This document shows, piece by piece, positions 1-14,200 of a DNA stretch of 64,000 nt. The notes beneath the pieces were generated by a model that saw nothing but the letters and a program-made list of their open reading frames with translations, was not told the DNA's origin and did not search any database. Both the position numbers and the translations under genes were made by a program. Source of the DNA: Saccostrea cucullata (Eukaryota); assembly GCF_032062105.1 (NCBI RefSeq), contig NW_026923980.1, forward strand, positions 1 to 64,000. Reading direction: 5' to 3'. Numbering within the stretch: position 1 is the stretch's first letter; each line of letters opens with the position of its first letter.

Positions 1-222
1 AAAGACTCTTAGAGAAAATGTTGGATAGCATGCAATTACCCGATACCTTAAAATTATTGTTACAGAAATCCAATAAGTTTTGACATTCCAATTTTTAAAG
101 GCAATTTTAAACTTTCACTGAAATTATAAAAATTATAGTAAATAAATGCAATTGATAAAAACTAATTGAAAAAATACAATATTTGATGCTTTTATTAAGT
201 ACCATTCTTTGATTTTATAAAG

Positions 223-3200
223 ATAAAACAAGTGGCGCCCCAGCACACCACGACAGACTCCACGCGAGATTTCTGGAGTCAAGATATCCACGTGGTGAAG
301 GAGTCGTATTCTACGTCTAAAGGTCCTCAGAGCATGCAGCTGGCTGCCCAGGCTCGGAAACTCCTAGAGGAGTGGAGGGTCAGTATCTCATTACACAGAA
401 GTTCCTCTAACTTTGAGATTACTAAACATGTGTACATTTAAGAAGTTTAGTACATGGTACCGTGCAGTAAAGCAAACATTAATGTAAGTGTTACAAACAT
501 TACATCTGTAAAGAAATAAAAGAAAGGCATATGAAAGACATGTGTTACTTTCATTGCAAAACAAATGAGTAAAAATGCAGGATTGTTAATTTTTATTACC
601 AGTATTGTTACTTACTAGTCCAGTACAGTGTAACTTGCTTGATGTGTGTCATTCTTTGTTTACAGAAAAAGACAGGAGACTCTGCGGAGAACACCCTGAG
701 ACTTAGAGATATCATAGAGGTCAGTAGAGATCTCATTTTAAATCATTTCATGGTTTATTAGATTCCAGATAAGATTTTTGAGATATAAATAATGTTTAAA
801 AATACTGGAAAATGAGGTGCTTTGGTATTTTCCTCAGAAATTAATGATTCAGTACATGCAGTTACAATCCAGTCTGAGATTTTTGGATCTGTGACATCAT
901 TTTATTAGCATGTAATGCGTATACAGAAAAGATGTCAATCCTGTATGTTTTATTTGACAGGAAGTAGAAAACAGTCCAGAGTACAATAAATTCTTGCCTA
1001 GGATTGGTGGAGGAAATCAGGTAAGGCTAATTACAGGGTGGACTTGTTTACACTGGATAGACAAATTGTAGTCAATGAATAACTGAGAAACTGTACACGC
1101 TATGTACTTGTATCTGAAACATACCTAAATTATTTCTGTCAAAAAATTATTGAAATTTCAAAATTAGTTTTATTTATAATAATGTGGATAAATAAGTGTA
1201 TTTTGAGGTTCGAGATTTTTGTCAGTACATTGTATCATTATGAGTAGAATAATCCCTTCCCAATTAGCACCAGTTAGTAATTGTTTTGTTTTTTGCATGA
1301 ACTTTTTCATAGGAGGGAACTTATCCGGATCTGGTATACATGTGTGGTTTTATCTTCTGTCATCTTAATTATTTCAAGTTTGTGTGTAATGACCACTGCA
1401 AAGTGTTGTGAAATCGGACGATTTTTAGTAACCGGTTACACACTTAATCTTCCGATCGAGTACCCGGTTACTCTGATGATTTTTCGCAAGTTTCCATATC
1501 TATTACATTTATGTAATACGAGTAGTTTACTCATTAGAAGTAGAAATACACATATATAAATTATAACATATGTCAACATTATTTACAAAACATGCATACA
1601 CACAATATCTTCATTTTTTTTTCAATTTTTTCAATTTTTATTTTAGATTAAGGAAAAAAAGTTATTTGACAAACGAAGAAGACAAATAAATATTTTTGTA
1701 TATAGTCACAAATCGCCATTTTACAATGGCTTTCATTACTTTTTCCTTTCCAGCCCCAGAAATATGTCACAATCAAGAAGAATTATTTACATACTCCATA
1801 TACATGTATAATTACTGGTTAATTTGTGGAGTGTCCAGGAAACAACAGATTTTGAATCAACTGTTCTTTTAAAATACCTCCAAGCTTAATATATCTGTGG
1901 TGGCATCTTGATTGTTAAATTATTAAATGAGGTAATTATAACTCAGGTCTTCAAAAATTGTATACCCCCTGGCAATCAAAGGTATCATTATATAAACTGT
2001 GAAAACTAGAACTAGAAGATCAAGTCCAACAGTATCAAAAATTTCATTTATAAACAATATTACATTAATATTTTCTATGTATTTACTATGTAAAATGTAT
2101 TTTATCCGGCAGTTTTGCTTACCGATACTCTGATCACGGTTAATCGGGTACTCGTTGACAACACTACCACTGAAGGCTTGGCCGTGTATCCATTATTTCC
2201 TGGCTTCCTAAGCATGGCTTACTATAGTATACTGTAGCACTTTTAATGGGTTACTCTGGAACTAACCTTTTGACCTTTTGGTTTGAAACCATGAAGGGGA
2301 TTTCAGTATTTATTTATATTCTCAGAAAAGTAAAGCTAAACTTTTTTCCCTTAACTTCTAAATGACTTTTGGTCATTTTATAGTATTAATGGGTCAATCA
2401 AATTATTGTAGAGGAACTTCTATTATGTAAATTCTTTAAACTTTGCATGAGAGTTCAAATAAATACTGCTTAATTGTAGTTTTCCAACAGGGACCAACTA
2501 ACTAAACCAAAATGAAAGCTTACATAAAGCATGTGCAGCCTGATGTTTGTTTATTTTGAATGTTAATTGATACACTTTATTGGCCATGAACAAAATAATA
2601 TTTAATTTTGACAGGTATTTTGAAATTAATTCAATTTTTAAATCGTCTTTAAGGTGTACCTTACACAGGTAAATGGAGGTCAGGTAAATGACACAGGAAG
2701 TGTGTGTAAAACTGACATGCCTACTTGAGAGCATAGTTTTCCTGTTTATTTTTTTAACAATCACATATTACACAAGAATTTAAAGTGTGCAATATTATAA
2801 AGCTCCATCAGTCATAAAATTTGTTAACATTTTTAGCTTCTTCTCTTAAACTTTCATACCACTTTCAACCAAATTTGGTAAAGACCATCTATGGGCAAGG
2901 GGAAGCAAAAATTGTGAATTTCCTTGTCCCCCCAACTCCAAATGAAGGGGCTTGAGGGATGGGCCAAAACCATCAATCAACTGAATTTCAGAAATCTTCT
3001 TTACTCTTGGCCATCAATCAAACTCCTGACATGATTTTAAAAAGCAATGAGTCTTAATCAAAATTCTGAATTTCATGGCCCTAAGGTTAGGGGTTCTTGA
3101 GTTAGAATGGGTCTTTATCAATCATAAAAATACATTGATTCTTTGAAATTTCAGATTTTTTACAAGATTTGCCTTTTTTCACCTTGTGTTATGTAGTAAT

Positions 3201-4925
3201 GTAGTGATTTTATTCACATTCATTATGGGTTATGTCGACCTAATTAATTTGAATTTCTCTAATTTAAAACCTTGTCTCTTCATATAAATATAGCCCTTTG
3301 ATGAGGTCAATCCATAGATATATATCAACTTCACAGAAAAGCATATTGACCAAGCACGAAGTGGGAGGTCGATATTCTTTTCTGTGAAGTCGATATATCT
3401 ATGGATTGACTGAATTAAAGGGCTACATTTGTTATATTATTTTTTACATAGATTGACAAAACAAATAATGAAAATAATGGGAAAAAGTTTTCTCTCTTTA
3501 ACACTTAGAGACTAGAGATCAAAATAAATTATGCTGTTTAATGTAAATTTTTTTCCTGTATATTGATGGAGTAATTTAGAGGATTTACTTATTCAAAATA
3601 CTTCATTTATTTGATTATGTTTTGTATCAATATTTGACACACATATCCAATATGTTTTAATTAATATGAAGTAGATCCTAATTCAATGTATTGTTTCGTC
3701 TCATCAAATACAGAACATTGAAAAAAATTAGTAGAAGCTGACATAAATATTTTTTTTCTAGAAACATCAAATCATACACTGTATTAGCTATGACTGAAAT
3801 CAGTACTATTTGTAGTATGTGATCAAGTTTGAGCCAATCAGAGAGCTTGGAATAAATAAAAATAATATTATACTTTATACATTATTTAACCAAGATATTA
3901 AGATTACATGTTGAGATGTTCTTTGTGATGTACATCACAATCACTGCTGCATGAACACTGACCCTCTTTGGAATACAGCCTTAAACCCAGTGAATGTGTA
4001 GTACACGTATTATGAACTGTTTTCAGTACACGTATTATGAACTGTTTTCATTTGAATATATTATATTGGGACTGTAAATAGTCTATCTAATAAAAATTAA
4101 TTTTTCTAATTTGAACTAATAAAAAATAAATTGATAATTTTTAAATTGTTACAATTAGTTTTGAAAAAAAAAATTTCACTTGCACTAGACTATAACATCC
4201 AGGCACATATTATTGGAGGAGGGGAGAAACGAAATTTGTATAGGCCAGTGGCTTACTTACTGATTGACCACAAAACCAGCAGTAATTGTATAATATCTTT
4301 TAAACTCTATTAATAAGCCTCAATAGATGACATAATTTGCATGTATCAAGGTCAGATTCCATATCAGACTGCATATCCCAATTTCCTTCAGTTTTATTTA
4401 ATAGATAGTTTTTAAAAGAAATATTATAGACATAGATATAAGCATTTACCAGCTTTACAGACTAATGTGTGTTGTTGTTTTTTTTCTTTACAGTACTCCC
4501 GTTACTTAAAGAAAGACTTTGAAAATGCTTTACACCAAGTTCAGGAAGGACTTGTTCCTGAGACAAGAGTGGTCGAGGAGAAAACTAAAGGTGGCTACAA
4601 CGTGTACAAAACATACCATGGACTCCACCCAGTGAGGCGCAGGCACCGCCCTCAGGTGACCTTTAACCTCGAAGGGGAGTCCCCAACAAAGCAGGACTCG
4701 CGCCCCATGTCTGACGGTAGTCCACAGAAAAGCCCATCAAAGAAAAGGTTTTCTCTGAATACGAAACTGTCACCTCTCACCCTGAATAGTAATCTATATA
4801 CCAGGAGGAAAAGTAAAGAGAACAGCTCTGAGACCCCGCTCAGCCGATTTAAAGTCAGTAAGGTGGACAAGGAGGAGGGGCAGAATTCAGACGTGAGGGA
4901 CCCCCTACTGGATTCTGAAGTATAG
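223..4925 (+). CDS. 3' exons of an unidentified protein-coding gene (starts before the window); possible death-domain-like helices followed by a Ser/Lys-rich tail
   Basis: AG/GT-flanked phase-0 exons 223-378, 666-719, 961-1020 and 4494-4925 join into one frame: IKQVAPQ...QARKLLEEWR|KKTGDSAENTLRLRDIIE|EVENS...GGGNQ|YSRYLKKDFENALHQ...DSEV*. More exons in 1021-4493 cannot be excluded. Confidence 0.7.
1401..2166. mobile_element. Non-autonomous hAT-like DNA transposon (intronic)
   Basis: Inverted ends (a)agtgttgt...acaacacta; 8-bp TSD ccactgca/ccactgaa (1393-1400, 2167-2174); subterminal cggtta/taaccg motifs. Confidence 0.6.
3286..3430. repeat. Long imperfect palindrome, resembling non-autonomous Crypton-like elements
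   Basis: Arms gtcaatccatagatatatatcaacttcacagaaaag / cttttctgtgaagtcgatatatctatggattgac around a cacgaagtg loop. Confidence 0.6.
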
Positions 4926-5733
4926 ATAGAGTAGTAGCTAGAACTGGGATTGTTATTAGTTTATTTATTATCATGTTATTTATAGTTAGTGAAATTTATG
5001 TATTATATTCCCATAGGATAGAATTGCAGTCATGTATAAATTAACATAAAAGTACACTGTATACCCTTTGTATTTTTTCCTATAGTCCAGACAAAAACTG
5101 CTGTATGTGTGTACTTGTTTTAAAAGAAATGAAATATTGAGGAATGAGTGCTGTCTGTGTTCTTGTATGCTCTACCTGTATTGTGTAACAGATTAATATG
5201 TTATTCAATTTAAAGGTGATCATGTTAATTTCTGATGATAAGAACACACATACAGTAGATGGTAGTAGAGGCTCGTCCCGCTGTTATATTAATTAGGTGT
5301 TGAATTCCCTTCATATTTATGTACTGAATAAGTGGAAATTATAGCGAGGCGCAAATTCAGCGATTTGTCCTTAAAAATTGGTATTTTATTTTTAGCGAGG
5401 TAGTTTTAAACTGCTTTTTAAAGAAGCTATTACAAAAAAAGAGAAACTAATTTTTAACGACATTCAATTATAGCAATGTCAATACTCTTGCTAATATAAA
5501 TGCCAAAATAAAATCCTCGCTAAAAATTCTGCTTATTCGGTGTTAAGAAGCTCCCTCTCTGGCTGTGCTACTATTATTATCAGATATTTATGTACTGTAG
5601 ATGTCAAACCACTGCAGGGTATATATAGTGAACACTGAGTTTTATTACGCTAGCATTATATTTTTAAAGGGTTGATGTATTTAATTATTGATTACATGTT
5701 AACAGAATCTCCAAGGTTCATTTTACATGTGTA

Positions 5734-7217
5734 TTTATACCCCCCGCAAACGAAGTTTGGGGGGTATATAGGAATCACCTTGTCCGTCTGTCTGTCTGTC
5801 CGTGTCTAGCTGTCCGTCCGTCCGTCTGTCTGTCTTCACTGAAAGTGATCTTTTTTACAGAGGGACATTATCTACTACTCCACACTAAGATTGCTCATGA
5901 CCTAAGGGTGTGTCATGACCTTGACCCAAGGTCATTTGGGGAAGTTCAAGGTCACTGGAAGAAAAATTTCATAATTCGTGTTCGGTCCATATCTTTTTTA
6001 TTGATAAACATGGTAGGTTCACATTTCACACAAAGATTGCCCATGACCCAAGGGTGTGTCATGACCCTGACCCAAGGTCATTTGGGAAAGTTCAAAGTCA
6101 CAGGAAGAAAATTTTCAAAAGTCATGTTTGATACATATCTCTTATGGATAAACTTGGTAGGTTCTCATTTCACACAAAGATTGCCCATGACCCAAGGGTG
6201 TGTCATGACCTTGACCCAAGGTCATTTTGGAAAGTTCAAGGTCACTGGAAGAAAATTTTCATAATTCCTGTCCGGTCCATATCTTTCTTATGGATAAACT
6301 TGGTAGGTTTTTATTTCACACAAAGATTGCCCATGACCCAAGGGTGTGTCATGACCTTGACCCAAGGTCATTTGGGGAATCAAGGTCACTGGAAGAAAAA
6401 TATCATAATTTGTGTGATCTCTTATGGATAAACTTGGTAGATTCTCATTTCACACAAAGATTGCCCATGACCCAAGGGTGTGTCATGACCTTGACCCAAG
6501 GTCATTTGGGGAAGTTCAAGGTCACTGGAAGAAAAATTTCATAATTCATGTACGGTCCATATCTTTCTTATGGATAAACTTGGTAGGTTCTCATTTCACA
6601 CAAAGATTGCCCATGACCCAAGGGTGTGTCATGACCTTGACCCAAGGTCATTTTGGAAAGTTCAAGGTCACTGGAAGAAAATTTTCATAATTCCTGTCCG
6701 GTCCATATCTTTCTTATGGATAAACTTGGTAGGTTTTTATTTCACACAAAGATTGCCCATGACCCAAGGGTGTGTCATGACCTTGACCCAAGGTCATTTG
6801 GGGAACTTCAAGGTCACTGGAAGAAAAATATCATAATTTGTGTCCGGTCCATATCTTTCTTATGGATAAACTTGGTGATTCTCATTTCACACAAAGATTG
6901 CCCATGACCCAAGGGTGTGTCATGACCTTGACCCAAGGTCATTTGGGGAAGTTCAAGGTCACTGGAAGAAAAATTTCATAATTCAAGTCAGGTCCATATC
7001 TTTCTTATGGATAAACTTGGTAGGTTCGCATTTCACTGAAAGATTGCCCATGACCCAAGGGTGTGTCATGACCTTGACCCAAGGTTATTTGGGGAAGTTC
7101 AAGGTCACTGGAAGAAAAATTTCATAATTCGTGTTTGATACATATCTTTATTATGGAAAAACTTTCTTCTGAAAAACCCAGCGGGGGGTATTTTGTCCCG
7201 TTTGGACAGTTCTAGTT
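5734..7217 (+). mobile_element. Helentron-associated interspersed element (HINE/pearl-like) with ~9 internal 146-bp tandem repeats
   Basis: 5' subTIR ataccccccgc (5737) with adjacent inverted repeat; (gtct/gtcc)n microsatellite; 146-bp units (tatggataaacttggtagg...); 3' subTIR gcggggggtat (7181); tgtcc-ggaca stem-loop; ctagtt end. Confidence 0.85.
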
Positions 7218-8944
7218 TATAGTTTCACTGAAAGTGATTGTAATGTTATTTGTTGATTTTAGAGATTAAGGGAGATCAGCTTTTAGTGTGTTATAGGAAA
7301 TCAATTATTAATATACATATGATCTCATAAAGTGAAATAGTTTATGGCAATTTATAATCCACTACCCAAAAATGTTTTATCCTTATTTACCTGTATCGAA
7401 ATATATAGATAACACATGATAAATCTGTCTGATTCGACATTTACTGAGAGACACAATTTGTGTCTGAAAAGACATGGTATTGGATTACAAAGTGTCAAGA
7501 GTGTGACATAAGAAAACAAAACAATGAATATAAAGGTCAGAATTCACAGTGAAATGAATTATACAGGTGTCAGATTAGACATTTTGCACTGTATTGTTTT
7601 GAGTGATGTTTTGTGTAAACTCTTCAGCGGAGGCTAAAAGTTGAATTTTTAGCAGATTGTTTTTTTTTAATGTATTGCCCTAATGATTAGCATTTTTTTA
7701 ATGGACTAGTTTTTAAATTCTTTATGTTTACAATGAGAAAGGAAAGTGCCTTTACTTGAATTTTTAAAACTTACAAAATAACGACAATCTCTGAACTGAC
7801 TGATAGGCACATCAGAAGGTATGAACTCGTATTCTGCTTAAATTCTCGTCTTAGTGGTCTTAGTGCACTTAATAGTGTTAGGTAGAGTTCTCTTCATCTG
7901 TTCTGTAAGTGCATGTATAGTATTTGTTTCTAGACACCGAAATACTTAATAGGGCATTCTAACTTTTGTTAAATTGGTACTTTGATCTTTTTTTTATTTA
8001 AGATTTTGTTCAGTGTTGTCTCTGAATGATGATGCTATTTTTACATTCCTATAGTGTAGGATTTCCAGCTTCTAGAAAATAACTTCCGGGTTTTTTTTGT
8101 TCAAAAAATGATTGATAATCAGTGCTAAATTATTCCAGAAAAGCAGTATTCTAATTATCAACGATGTCATTTTTCTTGTATTAATTATTACAGGTCTAAT
8201 TATCAACGAGGTCATTTTCCTTGCATTAACTATTACAGGTCTGGAACATTCCTTAGGCTGTGGTTCGTAAAACAAATGGCCATGGTCTGTACACCTAAAT
8301 ACCTCATTATGTTGACATTGTTCAGGGCTTGTCAACGCTAAATATTTGTGATATTATTACGTTCAGCATATATGCATAGCTTTATTTACAGCTGCTGAAC
8401 AGAGCACAGCAATCTTATTTCACCTTTTTACACTTTTAGCATACGCATGTGTCCATTTTTCTTAGTACTTCTTATTTGATGTCTTACACAGTTAAGTGTG
8501 TAATTGTTAAGTTTTTTTGTGTAGAAAATTTTATATATTTTATGATTAATTAATAATAATCTATGATCATTACTTTGTTTGTAAAAGAGCATGTTGTTAA
8601 TGGAATCCCCTTTGTTCATCACCTTGCAGAATTTATGTCTGTCAAGAAACGTTTAACCTTATGTGGCAGGATCAGGCTTCAGGGACATAAAACTTACACA
8701 AGCTCACTTTTGATCTCAGTCTCACTTCTACTACTGGAGGATAAAGTGAAAATGATGGAGATCAAATAGGGAGTTGGTCTTAACTTTTTTGGTCTTGTGG
8801 CCAGATTTCTGATGTAAAGAATGATCCCAGGGCAGTTTTGTAAAAATGATTATTCAGAGAATAATGTGAAAAGTAGACATATGACAAAAAGTTATCTTCT
8901 GATTTTGTATGAAAAAAGTTTTTAAAAAGTCCACGATCAGTGAA

Positions 8945-9138
8945 TACTGTAAATCAACTATTATAACCGACATCTTTTATTCATATGTCAGTTTGAAATC
9001 AAACTTTGAGACAGATGAAACATTCTTTATAAGTGCATTGCAAATTATTTGGTGTACAGCGATTAATATTCGTGAATTCAAGTAGGTTGCGAAACTTGAT
9101 GATATTTCTCACACATTAATAAAAGTTGGTTTACAGTA
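8945..9138. mobile_element. TA-flanked MITE (Tc1/mariner-like)
   Basis: tactgtaaatcaac...gttggtttacagta inverted ends; similar elements at ~15704-15916 and ~17926-18132. Confidence 0.5.
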
Positions 9139-9660
9139 CATTAATTCCAAGGTTGCTGGTCAACAAGCATGAAATTCTGAGGTGTACATTGGATGCTGCC
9201 CTAGACACCACAGGGTGTAATGGATAATGATGATGATTATGGATACTAACTACAGCTAGCTTGTCAAAAAGGGAGGATAGTAGGACTGCATGTTTGTTCT
9301 GTTCCTTTGTTTTTTGGGGAGTGAGTGTTTAGATTTCATAAAAAATGTATTTTACATATCGTTACAAATGGGTTTTTCTGTTATAATTTTGTGTTGTATG
9401 ATTTATAGATTATTGTGTGTAGTTTTGTCTTGCTTATTAATTTATGATTTAAGCCATATGATTAAATACCAGATGTATTTATTAGTTAGGATAACTTGTT
9501 TTACTTTATACAAAAATTATATATCTATTACGATTGTATTAAAGTTTGCGGACAGACGAAAGCTTGTTGAATCTTTATTTTTGTACATATCTCATTCACA
9601 TGCTTTGGCTCATAGAGAGAATGGAGAAACATATATGATAAAACAGAAAAAATCAGATGA

Positions 9661-10756
9661 TTTTATGCTTCCGTTCGGGGGTATAAAGTTTTTGTCGTGT
9701 TCGTTTTCTGTCTGTTTATTTGTCTGCAAAAACTTTAACCTTGCCCATAACTTTTGATTTAGTGGAGCTATGACTTTCATATTTCACATGTGTATTCCTT
9801 GTGATAAGACCTTTCTTTGGGTACCACCAAAAATTTGAACTTTTGACTTCGACCTTGGAGTTTGACCCACTTTACACAAAAATTCCAAATTTTTACTTTG
9901 GCCATAACTTATGAACAGTTGATACCAGGACATTTATACTTCACATTTATATTCTTTGTGGCAAGACCTTTCATTGATACCACCAACCTTGACCTGTTGA
10001 CCTTGGAGATTTACATACTAATGAAAAAACCTTAACCTTGGCAATAACTTTTGAACGATAAGGGCTAGAGCTTTCATACTTCATGTATGTAATCCTTGTA
10101 AGAAGACACTTCATTGGATACCAAGAGCTTCAACCCTTTTACTTTGACCTTGGAGTTTGACCTACTTTTAAAAAACAAACCTTGACCATATCTTTTAAAG
10201 GGTTAGAGCTAGTGCTTTCATACTTTATTTTTTCAGTCCTTGTGACAAGACCTTTCATTTGATATCAAGATCTTTGACCTTGACCTTAGAGTTTGGCCTA
10301 CTTTTAATATTTTTTTACCTTGGCCATAACTTTTAAACAGTTAGGGATAGAGCTTCCATACTTCACATATGTATTCTTTGTGGCAAGAGCATTTATTGGA
10401 TACCTATAACCTTGAACTTTTGACCTTGATCTTGGAGATTTCTGGACTTAACCTTGTCAATAACTTTTAATGGTTAGGGGTAGGGCCTCCATGCTTCACA
10501 TATGTATTCTTTGTGGCAAGTCTTTTATTGGATACCAATACTAATAACCTTGACCTTCTGACCTTGATAATTTCTGTACTTATGAAAAAAAACTTTAGTC
10601 TGGCCATAGCTTGGGAACAGATGGTGCAGGGCTTTTGTATTTCCAGTTAGGAGACCCTACTTTGGGTACCAAAATATTAAATTTGCCTTTAAGAAAAGTT
10701 TAATTTTCACTATGTTACCATACAGTGGCATCAGTGTTTCACAAACACATCTTGTA
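9661..10756 (+). mobile_element. HINE with ~6-7 degenerate ~140-bp tandem repeats
   Basis: 5' hairpin, gtct microsatellite, repeated accttggccataactttt...gaccttgaccttggag units, 3' end gcatcagtgtttcacaaacacatcttgt. Confidence 0.75.
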
Positions 10757-11037
10757 TTCTTTGTTGGATAAAATTATGACATCGATCAGAATTTGAACTC
10801 TGTAAAATTATTTACTTTTACAAAGGATTATAATCCTGTTTCTACAGTTCCTCGTGATGGATAGCTTGGAGAGGTTCGGATTGCTCTTTTACAGATGCAG
10901 TAAAGACATATGGCCAAAATTGGTCAGAGTCTTAAATTTACAAGAATTTCTGTTACAGTCAATGACTTTAGGCTATATATTCTTATTTGTGATTCATGTT
11001 ATCGACATTGATCAAATATATGACATAAACATTAATA

Positions 11038-11250
11038 AACAAGTGGCCCTTGAGTCACAACGTTCACCTGAGTATAATTGGCCCTGTTGTTTTTCACCAT
11101 AATTTCCTCCTTGTAATACCTCTTGGGGAGGATGCTTCCCCATAAGTTTCATAGCTTTTCTGGCCCAGTAGTTCTGAAGAAGATTTTTAAAGATTTTTCT
11201 CATATATATTTGAGTGTAAAAATTGAATTCCCTATTGTGTCCCTGCCCTT
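11038..11250 (-). mobile_element. Truncated HINE 3' fragment (same family as 60826-61918)
   Basis: aacaagtggcccttgagtcacaacgttcacctgag is a degenerate reverse complement of ctcaggtgagcgatgtggcccatgggcctcttgtt at ~61885-61919. Confidence 0.6.
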
Positions 11251-11264
11251 CCTGTTGGTCACTA

Positions 11265-14200
11265 GCTAAATATGGATACTGTAGACATGCAGATAATTAA
11301 CTAATTATGGATACAGTAGACATACTGATGACAACTGGCTAAGTATGGATACTGTAGATATACTAATGACTACTGGCTAAGTATGGATACTGTATACATA
11401 CTAATGACTACTGTATAAGTATGGGTACTGTAGACATTCTAATGACCACTGTATAAGTATGGGTACTGTAGACATTCTAATGACCACTGTATAAGTATGG
11501 TTACTGTAGACATACTAATGACTTCTGGCTAAGTATGGATACTGTAGACATTCTGATGACCACTGTATAAGTATGGATACTGTAGACATTCTGATGACTA
11601 CTGTATAAGTATGGATACTGTAGACATTCTAATGACTACTGGCTAAGTATGGATGCTGTAGACATTCTGATGACCACTGGCTAAGTATGGATACTGTAGA
11701 CATTCTAATGACCACTGTATAAGTATGGATACTGTAGACATTCTAATGACTACTGGCTAAGTATGGATACTGTAGACATTCTGATGACTACTGGCTAAGT
11801 AATGATATTGTCTACATTCTGATGACTACTGGCTAAGTATGGATACTGTAGACAATCTAATGACTACTGGCTCAGTATGGATACTGTAGACATACTAATG
11901 ACTACTGGCTAAGTATGGATACTGTAGACATTCTAATGACTACTGGCTAAGTATGGATACTGTAGACATACTAATGACTACTGGCTAAGTATGGATACTG
12001 TAGACTACTGGCTAAGTATGGATATTGTCAACATTCTGATAACTACTGGCTAAGTATGGATACTGTAGACATTCTGATGACTACAGACTTAGTATGGATA
12101 CTGCAGACATTATAATGACTACTGGCTAAGTATGGATACTGTAGACATTCTAATGACCGTTGCATAAGTATGGATACTGTAGACATTCTGATGACCACTG
12201 TATAAGTATGAATAATGTAGACATTCTAATGACCACTGTATAAGTATGGATATGACCGACCTACTGATGACTATTGGCTAAGTATGGATACTGTAGACAT
12301 TCTGATGATCACTGTATAAGTATGGATACTGTAGACACTCTGATGACCACTGTATAAGTATGGATACTGTAGACATTCTTATGACCACTGTGTACGTATG
12401 GATACTGTAGAAATTCTAATGACCACTGTATAAGTATGGATACTGTAGACATTCTAATGACCACTGTATAAGTATGGATACTGTAGTCATTCTGATGACC
12501 ACTGTATAAGTATGGATACTGTAAACATTCTAATGACTACTGACTTTATATTACAACTGTACACTTACTGATGAATACTGACTAAGTATAGATACTGTAC
12601 ATATTCTGATGACTACTGACTTTATATTACAACTGTGACTTACTGATGAATACTGACTAAGTATGGATACTGTACATATTCTGATGACTACTGACTTTAT
12701 ATTACAACTGTAGACTTACTGATGAATACTGACTAAGTATGGATACTGTACATATTCTGATGACTACTGACTTTATATTACAACTGTAGACTTACTGATG
12801 AATACTGACTAAGTATGGATACTGTATATATTCTGATGACTACTGACTTTATATTACAACTGTAGACTTACTGATGAATACTGACTAAGTATGGATACTG
12901 TACATATTCTGATGACTACTGACTTTATATTACAACTGTACTTACTGATGAATACTGACTAAGTATGGATACTGTACATATTCTGATGACTACTGACTTT
13001 ATATTACAACTAGGGCTGTGCAATACCGGTATAAGTATATTGGATTACATGTAATATATCTGATATGAAAATCAGATACTGTATAAGTATGGATATATGA
13101 AAACCTCCTTTATTGTAGAAACTGCTGAAATAATACTTGCAACTTCAACAGGCCTTTTTAATGTAGTTAAAAAAAATACTTCGTCAGCTTTCAGAGGCAG
13201 ATAGAGAGAAAAGAGAGAGAGAGAGGAATCTTTTCATTCAGTCACTGTCGCAATTTTAAATATCTTACTTTAAAATAAAATCAATAATTAATAAAAAGAC
13301 CTTTAAATAAAATTATTAAGAAAGAAAATATAAAACATTTATACAGGGTGTATACTGTATACCATGTATATACTGTGGATCTCATGGAATCAATCTACAC
13401 GATCGACGTTGAATGTTAAGTTCAAGATAGATATTACAAAAAATAAATGGCCATCCATGTTTTCACTTGATACAGTGTTGCTTTTTATTATTTTTTAACA
13501 AGTTTCTTGCCATTTTAATGACCTTCATGCTATAAGTATGTATATTAAAACAATAGAAATAGGCCAATGCAGTTCCTGAAGTATGTCATAATGTGAAATT
13601 TCTGATGACTAAAACACCAAACGTATAAATATCACAATTTCTTTCTGGCTTTAATTTTGTTCTGTGACCACATAAAATTTCCATATAGCATGTATTGTTT
13701 TAATCATTAAGTTACATTTTATGCTATTTCAATAAAACACCCGCCCCCCCAAAAAATTGTATAAAGAATATACTATGCATAAACTTTTTTTTCCAATTTG
13801 AAAGTAAATCAAATGAGTACATTTTGTTTTAATATTTTACCTGGTACTTGATTAAAAGTTATTATAATTATGTGTGCGATTAATGTCATATCCACCGCCC
13901 CCTTTAAAATTTATAGATAAATTCAAATAGTTTTTGAAATTGACAGCATTTTAAACTTTCTGCACAAATTTATTAATGATAATTAATCTACAATATATCG
14001 CAATATATTGCAATATTCAATGTAAAATATTGCAATATATCGCAATATGGTTTTCACTCGCAATACCCAACTCTAATTACAACTGTAGACTTACTGATGA
14101 ATACTGACTAAGTATGGATACTGTACATATTCTGATGACTACTGACTTTATATTACAACTGTAGACTTACTGATGAATACTGACTAAGTATGGATACTGT

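Noticed and set aside
5845-7127. Stack of overlapping ORFs with repeated peptides
   Set aside because: By-product of the 146-bp HINE tandem array; frames shift every unit
9290-9757. 155-aa hydrophobic ORF
   Set aside because: AT-rich low-complexity translation that runs into a HINE; no motif or splice support
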